Positions 20,186-31,100 of a DNA stretch of 64,000 bases are shown here, piece by piece. Position 1 is the first letter of the stretch. The number at the start of each line of letters is the position of its first letter. A model generated the notes under the pieces. The model saw only the letters and a list, made by a program, of their open reading frames with translations, did no database searches and was not told the DNA's origin. The DNA lies in the IMG/VR virus record IMGVR_UViG_3300033388_007730, positions 1 through 64,000 of that record; one strand, 5' to 3'. The translations under genes and the position numbers were made by a program.

Positions 20186-22264
20186 ATGAGCTTAAAATTA
20201 ATAATAAAAATAGATAATCAATTTGCATATGATCATGATGCTTCTTTATTGCCAACGAGAGTATCTAATGAATATCCTATGATAACTTGGAGTATAGATG
20301 CGGAAGATAGGGCTTCTGTAAATACTTCTACTGGAAGTGTTGTTCAGGAAGGTGCTTTTGGACAGTCCAGTTATGATATAAGGATGTCTACTAATGATTC
20401 TGGTATCGGTAATGATTCTTTTTTTGGTAATGTAGCCCAGACAGGAGTCGTGGAAAGTCAGAATAAATTTTGGCAGTATAATGGAATTCCATTGATAAGA
20501 GGGATTACATATTATGGTCAGATAAAAGTTGTCGATGAGGCTGATAGAAATAGTGGTTGGGATACATTCATATTTTCTTATAATAATTTACCATATATTT
20601 CTAATATAATTATTTTACCTTCATCTCCTTCTGTTAATGATGATTTGCAATTATCTTATGATTTTTTTGATGCAGATGGAGATCTAGAAAATGGTTCTAT
20701 TATAAGATGGTTTAAAAATGGAGTATATCAAAAACAACATGACAATAATACAATTGTTGATAGTAGATTCATGCAGAACGGCGACAAATGGATGGTCGAT
20801 ATTTATCCTAATGATGGGTATGAGTTTGGTATTAGAGTTTCTTCAAGAGAGGTGATGGTGGAGAAGACAGCAGTTACTGTTTCTAATGTAAATGTTTTGC
20901 CAAAAAATCCAACTGTTAATAATATATTAATGGCTGATTATAGAATTAGTAATGAAATTGAGGAAGCAAATGTATTTATTAAGTGGTATATAAATAATCA
21001 GTTAAATTCTACATTAAATAATAAAAAGTTTGTTAAGCCATCTTTAACTGTTGGTGATTCTGTTAGGTGCGAAGTTAAACACATCAATGAAATAGCATAC
21101 GTGTCTTCTTCTAATGAGATTGTAGTAGATAGTTATTTTGTTGTCAAAGATATAATGGTTGATGGTAGAATTGAACCTCTTGATGTGTCTAGTATTAAAC
21201 CGTCTGTCAGATGGAGAACATATATCCCAGATGGTAAGGAAATTAATTATATTTCTATTAAAATAGGAAAATTTTATGATGATGACAGTATCTATTCTAC
21301 TATGTTGAATACTAGTAAAGAAGTTTTTTCTGTTCCAGGAGGTTTATTGCAAACGGGAGTTGATTATTATATTTCAATAGCAGCCAGTGATACCACGACA
21401 TTTGATAAATATTCTAGCAGCCATTTCAGAGTCAGAGGCTCTAGATGGGAACAGCTTGTCGATAATAGCACAGGATGGACTATCGAAGCGCTTTTACTTA
21501 CTAACGAGGTCACTAATAGCAACCATGTTCTTAGAATAAGTGATGGAGCAAAATTTGCAGAAATAAAAATAAACAAAGATGGATTATCTCTTATATCAGG
21601 AGACGTGATAGAGTATACCCTAGTAGATTTATTTTTTAATAAATCTAGAATATTAACAATAGCAGGGATAAGAAATGATATAAAAATTTATATAGATAAG
21701 GTCTTAGTGATAGATGGTAGTGGAATATTTACGCAAGGGTCTAGTTCTAAGTTTTTAGAGTTAGGAAGAGTAATTAGCGGCGATTATACTTTTAATTATA
21801 AATATTTGTTTTATACAGTGAGCGGTTATTTCCTTCCAGGAGATAGCAGCGAATATACCAATATGAAATTTCACACATTTATGGAATTTGAGGACAATGA
21901 AGTTATTGCGTTGAGTGAATATGTTCAAGGAGAAAATGTTTTTGGATTGAATCCAGATAATGAAAATGATAATGGAGCTGTTTATACTATAAGACCAAAA
22001 GGAAGCATAAATGGTAGTACTGTTGCTAGGACATTTTCACCAATAAACAACATAAATATTTCTAATGATAAAAGCAAAATTGTTTGTTCTCATTCTAGCG
22101 GGGCTACTATTATAAATGGATATACTATTGATCAGTTTGACAAAGAATTAATTTTTGTCGGTAGCGATGTTCTTCCAGATAATGATGGATGGGAACTTGT
22201 TCAAAGTGCAAGAGGTGAATCTGCTTATTTTGATGATAACGGTTTTAATATAAATACATTGTAA
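20186..22264 (+). CDS. Putative virion protein with FN3/Ig-like repeats and a lectin-like domain
   Basis: N..P.ISN..I.P..P...DDL..SYDF.DADGD.E....RWFKNG Ig-type repeat; N-terminal FN3-like module. Confidence 0.7.
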   Translation: MSLKLIIKIDNQFAYDHDASLLPTRVSNEYPMITWSIDAEDRASVNTSTGSVVQEGAFGQSSYDIRMSTNDSGIGNDSFFGNVAQTGVVESQNKFWQYNGIPLIRGITYYGQIKVVDEADRNSGWDTFIFSYNNLPYISNIIILPSSPSVNDDLQLSYDFFDADGDLENGSIIRWFKNGVYQKQHDNNTIVDSRFMQNGDKWMVDIYPNDGYEFGIRVSSREVMVEKTAVTVSNVNVLPKNPTVNNILMADYRISNEIEEANVFIKWYINNQLNSTLNNKKFVKPSLTVGDSVRCEVKHINEIAYVSSSNEIVVDSYFVVKDIMVDGRIEPLDVSSIKPSVRWRTYIPDGKEINYISIKIGKFYDDDSIYSTMLNTSKEVFSVPGGLLQTGVDYYISIAASDTTTFDKYSSSHFRVRGSRWEQLVDNSTGWTIEALLLTNEVTNSNHVLRISDGAKFAEIKINKDGLSLISGDVIEYTLVDLFFNKSRILTIAGIRNDIKIYIDKVLVIDGSGIFTQGSSSKFLELGRVISGDYTFNYKYLFYTVSGYFLPGDSSEYTNMKFHTFMEFEDNEVIALSEYVQGENVFGLNPDNENDNGAVYTIRPKGSINGSTVARTFSPINNINISNDKSKIVCSHSSGATIINGYTIDQFDKELIFVGSDVLPDNDGWELVQSARGESAYFDDNGFNINTL

Positions 22265-22276
22265 AGAGAGAATATA

Positions 22277-25200
22277 ATGAGTATTGAATATGGTGCTGAT
22301 GCTAGAGGTGGAAAGTGGTATTATACCAATAATAAATTTGGCACAAAATGGTTTGATAATGTTAATAATAACAAAGGGTGGACAGTAGATTTTAGCTTGA
22401 TGGTAGTTGATGTGCAAAATAATGACAACATCTTAGATAAAAATACTAAAGCAAGAGGGATTGGAGTATATGTTAACGATGGCGCAAAGCAAGAAGAAAT
22501 AAATTTCTTAACTCAAGAAATATCATTTGTTAACGCTGACAAAAATATTGTTTATGATACAACTGGAGATATAGATTATAGGCTCATAGGCAAAAAAGAC
22601 AATTTAAAATTGTTTGCTAGGGCTTCTGGTGATGCAACTTATTCTAATATAGCTAATGTTAACTTTACAAGGAAGGCTACTAATAATGGAAACGGGTTAA
22701 AACCAGCAGTTTTTGAAGATGCTGGAGGTAATGTTCATGTTGCATGGCATGATGATGGCAACGGAGCAGGTAATATATATTATGCCAGATATTCGAGTGG
22801 AGTATGGTCGGATCCGGAACTTGTAGTTAATAATGATCATGGTAATCAATTTGTAGATATAATCGTTGATGTTGATGAAAATGTATATTTAGTATATGAA
22901 GCCAAAGAAGACGATGGAAGTTTAATTGGATTAGTTTTTAGAAATTCTATTGGATGGAGCAAACCATATTATACTAGTGTTGGTGATGGATATTGTAAAA
23001 ATCCAAAATTAGTTTTTGATAGTAGATCTAATGTCTGTGTTGTTTGGTCTGATGGAAGAGATATTCATCCGCAGATATATTTAAATTCTTTTTCTAATGA
23101 AGATGTTAATTGGACTGGAGAAGTAAAATTATCTAATAGCGAGTACGGGGCATACAGGCCATCTATATCTTCGTATTTGGATGATGTATTTATTTCTTGG
23201 ACAAAAAAGAATACTGATGGTTCTTCAGTTATTGAAATAATTAAATATAATTCAGCCACTAGTCTATTGGGATCTTCTGTTCAAGTTAGCAACATTGTTA
23301 ATAATTCTGATTATTCTGATACTTTGGTTAATGTTAGTGGCAAGGTATTTGTGGCGTGGAGTGATAATAGCCCTGGAGATTATAATATTTATTCTAAGAT
23401 TTTATCTCCTTCTCTGGCTACTGTGGATGATGAAGGGTTAATAGTTGATGGATATGGTGCTGCTAGATATCCATCTCTTTCTGAACAAACTTCCACAGGA
23501 GATATTTATGTCACATGGCAAGATTACAAGAGTGATTATGATAGAACTACTCCTATTACAGATCCATCAGGAACTCCTCTTACATTAACACAAGAGCCAT
23601 TGAATTCTGCTTTATATGTTGCAGTTTATCAAGATAATTCATTTTCATCTAGTGTGAATATATTATTTGAGGATAATAGAAACACATATTTTCCAGATAC
23701 TCCAGCATTTTTTGGTGGAGAGTTGCCAATTTTATATGAATCATATTCTGTTAATGAATATGGCTTTTTAAGTGAGAATGGATTATTGTCGCAAATAAAA
23801 TGTGCATTTTATAATCTATCTAGAAGCGAGTCTACTTATACTCCTACTTATGGATCAAATAATGATGGGCAAAATATTAGTACTGAAGTAGGTTTAGATA
23901 GAGATGTGTTGTTGAATAAAAATGCGTCAACAAAAGAGATAAGATTCGGTGATTTTTCTAATGTCATGAATGCGCATTATATATTTAAGAATTTTAAATA
24001 TTATACCAATGATGCTGTTGAACCATTTAGCATTACTGAAATAAATTCTTCTACTTTTCCTGTTGGTAAAATGTCTTCTTTTGATGCTGTTATTAACAAC
24101 TATGGCGATGTGTGGATGGCTGGTTCTTGTGGTGTTAATTTTTATGTAGATAGGCAGAGTAGAGTAATATCTGTAGGAGAAAAAGGTGAAATTGCAGGAT
24201 TTGTAAATATTAGTGGGGATAGGGTAGAGGATGAAGAAGATTTAAAGAAAATTAAAGCAATTGCATTTGATAAATACAATAATATGTATATAGGAGGGGA
24301 AAATGGAGTAAGATATGCAATTGATCACATTAATGGATTCAAAATAGTACCAGGTGATTCTTCTAGTTTAATTACATCAATGATATTTGATAAAGAAAAT
24401 AATTTGTTCATTGGAACAGCAAATGGTTTAAGATCTTATTCTGTAAGTTATAATGATGATGGAGAACCATCACTATCAGAAATAATTTATGAAGGTGCTC
24501 CTGTTGGAGTCAATATAACATCTTTAAAAGTTGATGATAATAACTGTGTTTGGATTGGTTCTGATAACAGTGGTTTGTATAGATTTTATAAAGGAGTGTT
24601 CTTTAATTTTTTGGTAAGGGATGGATTATCGTCTAATATTGTTAATGACATTGCTATTAGGAATACTGCAATAAGATATATAGCTACTTCTAATGGAATA
24701 AATAAAATGATAGGATTTGGTTTTGATGCTGATGATATAATCTCAGATAATGATGATATATGGAATAATAATGTGAAGAGTATATTGTGGAAAGATCCAA
24801 ATCTTATTATAGCAGGAACACTTTCTAGAATAAATCAGATATTAGTTGATGATATTAATGAGGAATATAGCACATTAATTTATGAGCCTAGCTCTTCTGT
24901 AATAAGTAATGATGATTTCCAAGTATATTATGTAATTGGAGAAAACGATATAGACATAGAAAGCAATGAGATATTGGAAGTTTATATAAATGGAACACTT
25001 GTTAGTTATGGCTATGATATAGGTTTCGATAAAATAACTGATCCTTCAAACCCAAGAAGAATTATTAGATTTAAAGTATCTTTGAGCCATAATGATATTG
25101 TTGAGACTGTTATTAGAAGGGACATTGCGAAGTTATCAGAATTCAGCAAAACATTTGCGGAGAAATCTGATCTTGGTTTTTCATCTATAAAAATAAAAGA

Positions 25201-28102
25201 TTTTGTATTAGATTCTACAGATATTTCTAATCCTAAATTATATACTACAACTAGTGGTGAAGAAAAAGGGGTAAATATAAATGATAGTACTAGTTTGCTT
25301 CCATTTGATAAAATTCATTTAGACACTACTCCTCCTACATTTACAGAAGTAGCAAATGCTGGAATCAATATAGGAGATCAGGTAGATAGAGGAATAGTAG
25401 AAATTAATATAATAGGGGCAACTGATGGAGACAGTGGTTCAGGCATAGATACAATGATAGTTTCTAATAATAGTGATTTTGTAGATGATCAAGGAACAGC
25501 ATTACCGTCTGTGCCATTCTCGACTCCAGTTAATCATAGTTTGGGTGTTACACTAGAAGATATTACAGTTCCATTGTTATTTACCACAGGCGATGGTAGT
25601 AAAATTGTATATTTTGCAGATGTTAATGAGCTGTATGCGTCTACATCTCAACCTGCAATAGTATATAAATATAATTGGACTACAATTGCATGGGAGGAAG
25701 TTTATTCTTATGGCGATGATTTCTTTGTTGATTTTATAACTAAGTATAATGAAAAGCTGATTATAAGCGTTGGGCATTCATCTAACATAGCTAGATTATA
25801 TACTTATAATTATAATATTTCTGACAATATCGTTGAGAGTATAGTTTTTTCAGACATATTAAATGTATCTGAGTCTAGAGCTTTTTGCAATTATGAATTA
25901 AATGGAAAGTTATATGTTGGAACTGGTGTAGGACCAGGCGAAGGATCGGCTACAGGAGCTGGTAATAATGGTGTTCTATATGTATATGATGGCAGTGGTA
26001 CTATGGTTGAAGTTGTGAATGGAATAGACGATAATATATACTCATTAACAAATATTACGGGGAATGATAATTTATTAGCGGGGACTGGTAATAGTGGATT
26101 TATTTATGAAATTGATATAAGTGGTGAAGCTGCTTTTATAATTCATAATAATAATGAATCTATTGTTTCAATGGCTTATTTAGATTTAAATACAGAAGGT
26201 TTTGTTTTTGCTGGCGGATCATCTATGGGAGTTATACGAAGATCTTCTACTAATAATAACTCTTATGATGTATCATTCAGAACTATTCCTAGTAGTATTA
26301 GTGCTTTAGAAACTTTTATAGAGACTGTAGATGGTGTAGCGATAAATAGATTATACGCAGCAGTTGGAAGCGTTATTTATTATTTATCTGAGAGCAGATC
26401 CTGGGTATGGAGATATACTCATACTGAGAATATTAATGATATTGCATTTGATAGCAATAAAAATGATTTATATGTAATTTCTAATTCTAATATTACAAAG
26501 ATTAGTGAGTTAGCAGAAGAAAAGACTGTTTATTTAAAACTTATTGATAGAGCAGGAAATGAGAGTGAAATAGATGCTGCTTTGACAGTAGATGAGAATA
26601 AGTTTGTTGACAGTATTGATATAGATACTCTTATGGATTTCATAAATGAGAATAAGATATTTGAATTAAACGAATTCGGAGAAACTATATATACCTTAAA
26701 AGGCGATAATAAATTTTATTCGGCAAATAAGATAGAACAAGAAAAAGGAGAGTATTTAAGTGAAATATTTAATGGTACTAATGATTTAGTAAAGTGGGAT
26801 AATTTATCTTGGGTAGCTACAGAATTGTACGATACAAGTGTCTTAATGTATGTTAGAACTAATAGCTTTAATAATGATATACTTACGACAGACTGGATTG
26901 GACCGTATACGACAAGCGATTCTGCTGGTGTTGATTTAAGCAGTTTCTCAGGTCAATATATACAATTTAAAGTTGAATTGATAAGCACTGTTAAGGGAGT
27001 CAGTCCTTCTTTCCATAGAGCTAATATAAGAGCAGTTACAAGCGAAGCAATTCACTTCTTTACTACTAATTTTGTTATGCCTAGCAGGGTACAAAAAGGG
27101 ATTGTTACTAGCCAAAAGGTAGTTCCTGTATCTGCTGATGTTGTTTTTGGAATGAATACTACTAACTCTGTTGATTGGGCTGATTATCAAGAGGTAGACG
27201 AAAATAGATTGTTTAATATTAATCAATCAGGTACTAATCTTAGAGTAGGTATAAAATTAATTAGTCCTAGCAGATCTTTGGTTGAATCGACTGGATTTGA
27301 TGAGTATGGTCCATACAATTCTGAATTATTTGTTAATACTGTTAGTTTTACGATGGAGAATAATACATCTACTACAAATGATTATCATTTTAGAGTATCA
27401 TTGTATAGTGATGTCAATTTAACAAACGAAGTATTTTCTGCTTATTCATCTGATAGTTCTGATGGATTTAATGCTGATGGGATTGCTATACCAGAGGATG
27501 GAGTATCTATTATTGCTAATGGGACTTCAGATGTTTTGTTCTCTGTCCCTGGGTCTGCCAACATAACGTGTAATACTTATTATTATGTGAAAATAGAATA
27601 TATTTATGATGTTGATTTTATTGTTCTTGATGATAATAATACTTTTGTATCTGGTTGCACAGCCTCATTCATCGACAATATAGATTTTGATTTTATTAAT
27701 AATGAATCAACTGCCAATTATTATCATTTTAGAGTTAAGTTTTATAGTGACTTAGAAAGGACGAGTGAATATTTGACAGAATTCAGTGGAAACGATAGGT
27801 CTGGTTGGTTTATAAACGATGTTCAGATTCCAGAAGCGGGAGCACTAGTAGAGTCTGGGGAAACAGTGAATGTGGTATTTAGACCAGACTCAGATGACTT
27901 CGATGTCAATAAAATTTATTATCTATCTATAGAAGCTCATGATGGTAGTAGTTATGTGTTTGAAGATAATTCATATACATTTCAGTTGAGAGATGTTCAA
28001 TCGACAGAATCCTGCGGGGGATATGATGATGTCCCTATTGTAAAGAATTTTGGAGTTATGATAGAATTAGAAGATAATGAATTTGTTACTTTAAATATAT
28101 AA
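22277..28102 (+). CDS. Giant multi-beta-propeller protein (1941 aa) with two C-terminal FYSD-type domains
   Basis: VHVAWHDD...IYYA blades, Reg_prop-like DGLSSNIVNDIA, GQYIQFKVEL segment. Confidence 0.75.
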   Translation: MSIEYGADARGGKWYYTNNKFGTKWFDNVNNNKGWTVDFSLMVVDVQNNDNILDKNTKARGIGVYVNDGAKQEEINFLTQEISFVNADKNIVYDTTGDIDYRLIGKKDNLKLFARASGDATYSNIANVNFTRKATNNGNGLKPAVFEDAGGNVHVAWHDDGNGAGNIYYARYSSGVWSDPELVVNNDHGNQFVDIIVDVDENVYLVYEAKEDDGSLIGLVFRNSIGWSKPYYTSVGDGYCKNPKLVFDSRSNVCVVWSDGRDIHPQIYLNSFSNEDVNWTGEVKLSNSEYGAYRPSISSYLDDVFISWTKKNTDGSSVIEIIKYNSATSLLGSSVQVSNIVNNSDYSDTLVNVSGKVFVAWSDNSPGDYNIYSKILSPSLATVDDEGLIVDGYGAARYPSLSEQTSTGDIYVTWQDYKSDYDRTTPITDPSGTPLTLTQEPLNSALYVAVYQDNSFSSSVNILFEDNRNTYFPDTPAFFGGELPILYESYSVNEYGFLSENGLLSQIKCAFYNLSRSESTYTPTYGSNNDGQNISTEVGLDRDVLLNKNASTKEIRFGDFSNVMNAHYIFKNFKYYTNDAVEPFSITEINSSTFPVGKMSSFDAVINNYGDVWMAGSCGVNFYVDRQSRVISVGEKGEIAGFVNISGDRVEDEEDLKKIKAIAFDKYNNMYIGGENGVRYAIDHINGFKIVPGDSSSLITSMIFDKENNLFIGTANGLRSYSVSYNDDGEPSLSEIIYEGAPVGVNITSLKVDDNNCVWIGSDNSGLYRFYKGVFFNFLVRDGLSSNIVNDIAIRNTAIRYIATSNGINKMIGFGFDADDIISDNDDIWNNNVKSILWKDPNLIIAGTLSRINQILVDDINEEYSTLIYEPSSSVISNDDFQVYYVIGENDIDIESNEILEVYINGTLVSYGYDIGFDKITDPSNPRRIIRFKVSLSHNDIVETVIRRDIAKLSEFSKTFAEKSDLGFSSIKIKDFVLDSTDISNPKLYTTTSGEEKGVNINDSTSLLPFDKIHLDTTPPTFTEVANAGINIGDQVDRGIVEINIIGATDGDSGSGIDTMIVSNNSDFVDDQGTALPSVPFSTPVNHSLGVTLEDITVPLLFTTGDGSKIVYFADVNELYASTSQPAIVYKYNWTTIAWEEVYSYGDDFFVDFITKYNEKLIISVGHSSNIARLYTYNYNISDNIVESIVFSDILNVSESRAFCNYELNGKLYVGTGVGPGEGSATGAGNNGVLYVYDGSGTMVEVVNGIDDNIYSLTNITGNDNLLAGTGNSGFIYEIDISGEAAFIIHNNNESIVSMAYLDLNTEGFVFAGGSSMGVIRRSSTNNNSYDVSFRTIPSSISALETFIETVDGVAINRLYAAVGSVIYYLSESRSWVWRYTHTENINDIAFDSNKNDLYVISNSNITKISELAEEKTVYLKLIDRAGNESEIDAALTVDENKFVDSIDIDTLMDFINENKIFELNEFGETIYTLKGDNKFYSANKIEQEKGEYLSEIFNGTNDLVKWDNLSWVATELYDTSVLMYVRTNSFNNDILTTDWIGPYTTSDSAGVDLSSFSGQYIQFKVELISTVKGVSPSFHRANIRAVTSEAIHFFTTNFVMPSRVQKGIVTSQKVVPVSADVVFGMNTTNSVDWADYQEVDENRLFNINQSGTNLRVGIKLISPSRSLVESTGFDEYGPYNSELFVNTVSFTMENNTSTTNDYHFRVSLYSDVNLTNEVFSAYSSDSSDGFNADGIAIPEDGVSIIANGTSDVLFSVPGSANITCNTYYYVKIEYIYDVDFIVLDDNNTFVSGCTASFIDNIDFDFINNESTANYYHFRVKFYSDLERTSEYLTEFSGNDRSGWFINDVQIPEAGALVESGETVNVVFRPDSDDFDVNKIYYLSIEAHDGSSYVFEDNSYTFQLRDVQSTESCGGYDDVPIVKNFGVMIELEDNEFVTLNI

Positions 28103-28106
28103 TATC

Positions 28107-31100
28107 ATGCCTATAAAAACACCACATTATGGATTAGAAGCCTTTGGCTGGGGAGACATCTACTCTGCAAGAGTAGATGCTAGAAGATTTTCAACTATAG
28201 ATAGCCAATTGGCTTTCGTGTCTGATTTAATTGGACCTGGAGTCATAACTGGTTGGGATTTAACAACTGACAGCAATAATCGTATAATAGCTAGTGCTGG
28301 AATGGGCATTATAGGAAGAAATGTGCTTAAAACTTTTGGATCTTCTGAAATACTTGTTGACAGTAACTCTGAGAATTATATTTACATGAAGGAAAAAAGT
28401 AATGATGTAGGAGAAATAAGTGGCAATTCTGAAATAACTAGTATAGTTGGTGTTAATTTAATTCCTCCATCTAGCCCAACTGGGTTGCAACAAGAAAGCA
28501 GTATTATTTCTTATTTAGCAGGATTGGGAATTTATGATCCTGAGTTGATTACTTATTTAAAAAGACTTTTAAGCAGAGAAGATAATGATGATGATGTAGA
28601 GATAATAGGTTATAAAGAAATTGCTTTTAGTTGGGATGAGAACACAGAAGTAGATCTTAGTCATTATAAAATTGTAAAAATAGATGGTAATAGTACTTCT
28701 GATTTTATAACAACAGAAACTATTTATGCTGACACTAATTTAATTCAAAATAATGATTATAGTTATCAAATAATTGCTATCGATTTAAGCGGGAATGAAA
28801 GCTCAGTATCTGAAATAACAGTCAGAACAGATGTAGATACCAGAGTCCCGTTACCGCCAACTTTCATAGAAACTTTTCCAGGAGATGGATCATTTGAACT
28901 CATATGGGATGCATCTTCTTCTGATAATGTTAATAAATATGAAATAATTATACAATTATTGACTGATAGTTATGAAATAGATGGATCTCCTTCTACGCAT
29001 TATGTTTCTGTTATTGATGATTTATTTGACTCTACGTATGCGATTTTTACAGGGCTGAATAATAATAGAAATTATAGAATTACTATATCTTCTGTAAGTT
29101 TGGCAGGAATAAAATCTGAGAGCATATATGTGACTACTAAATTAGTTTTCTTCGCAGGAGCCGGAGAAGTCAATAGTTTAGATGTTTCTTTTGAAATTAG
29201 TGATTTTGAGAACATTGGGATAGAGACTGATGTATCTTGGAGATATCTTCCTAGCAATCCATATCTACTAGATGCAGAATTATTTTTAATAACATTTATA
29301 GAAAATGGAACGAGATTGTCTGATCCAATAGAAGTTTTGCCTAGTGTAGCTGCGTTGGCATCTTGTCCAGATGGCAATGATAGTAATGGAGTGTGTTATA
29401 CTACTCACATAAAGTATATTCCTTTTGAAAACGATGGTATTATATCGTATGAATCTATAAAAGAATATACTCCTTATATTGTGTTGATACAGACGAAAGA
29501 CGTAGATGGGAATATTAGCAGTGGTTTTATTTATAGGGTTAATAGAACTCCTGTATCTGTTAAAGTTTCATCTATAAGCAATTTTACTCTAACAAGAAGA
29601 ACGGACAATACAATACATCTGATTTGGGATAATCCTGAAGATGATTATTTTTCATATAATGTAATAAATATAGCTATTACAGATTTATCTGCTACCACAT
29701 TTAACCCATCTGCTGAAGAAGAGTTTACATATTTAGATGATGTTAGGATTGGTAGAACAAATGAATATATAATTCCTTCTAGTTTATTCAATGTTGCTTC
29801 TAGATATACGACAACAATTACATCTTATGATATATTTGGAACAGGAGGTGGATCTTTTCAATATGCTCATCAATTCACAGATCAGTTAGGAGTGATATTC
29901 CCACCATCTCCAGGTAATTTACTAGTTACCGCTGGTGATAGTGAAGTTAATTTAAAATGGGATCCGATAGGCGATGAATTCGATGTGGCTTATTATAGAA
30001 TCTATAGAGCTGATTATCAATTTTATCTTAGATCAGATGATTTTAGTATTATTAATACTATTCCATCATCTTTGACATATTTTACTGATTTTACAGTCAG
30101 TAATGGTAGTGTTTATAATTATTTTGTTACGTCTATAGATATATATGGGAATGAATCATTGAATCCTTCTTTTTATGGGTATATCTCTATAAGTTCTTTT
30201 GCGGCAGAACCAAGATCTAACAGCTCTATAAGTGTAGCAGAGGGATTAGAGGTTAATGTGGGAAGCAATGAAGTTGATGCTGAATTGTCATGGACTATTT
30301 CTTATGGGAATTTTGATGGATATGAAATATTAAGATCAGATGAAAATAATTATTCTTTTGAAACAACAGGGTATGCTTTTCCTGGCGATACAACATTTGT
30401 GGATCAAAATGCTATATTAAAGGATAATGTTAATTATTATTATATGATTAGAAAATTTAAAAATGATACGACATTAGCTATAACAAGCTCATCTGTTGCT
30501 CCATCTAAGTCTATTTTTATAGGAAAAGTTATTTCTTTAAATGGTATAATAACTTTTGATACATCAAATGTAGTAAATTTAATAAATTTTGAAGATCCAA
30601 TAAGGGAAAGAACAGAAGCTAAAGTAATAATTCATAATCATAAATTTGAAAATAATATTGATAGAAGAATAGAGTTAAGATCTAATTTGATAGTAGACTC
30701 GTGGTTAACTAATGATTTCTCGATATATCAAACTGTTCAAGACATTGAAGGTGCTACAAATTATGTTGTTAAAATTAGTGGCACTGTGAATAAAGATTAT
30801 TTTACTGATAGTAAAGGAAATGTTGATGTTACCCGTTTGAGAAAAGCACAAATAGGAGAATCTCCTGTAGAGTATGAAATAGATGTTAATGAAGGTATTA
30901 TCACTTTTAATGAGCCGTTGTATACAACTTGTGTTCCTTCGGAAACATCTCCAGTTGTAGTTTGTCCTGTTACACCATATACTTCATCAGCGCCATCTAT
31001 TTCTTTAGAGTTGATAGGATTATCTGAAGTCGATGGACTTCTAGTAGAAGATAAAGTAAAATCGTTCAGCGCAACGCAAGTGTCTAATGGATTAATAAGA

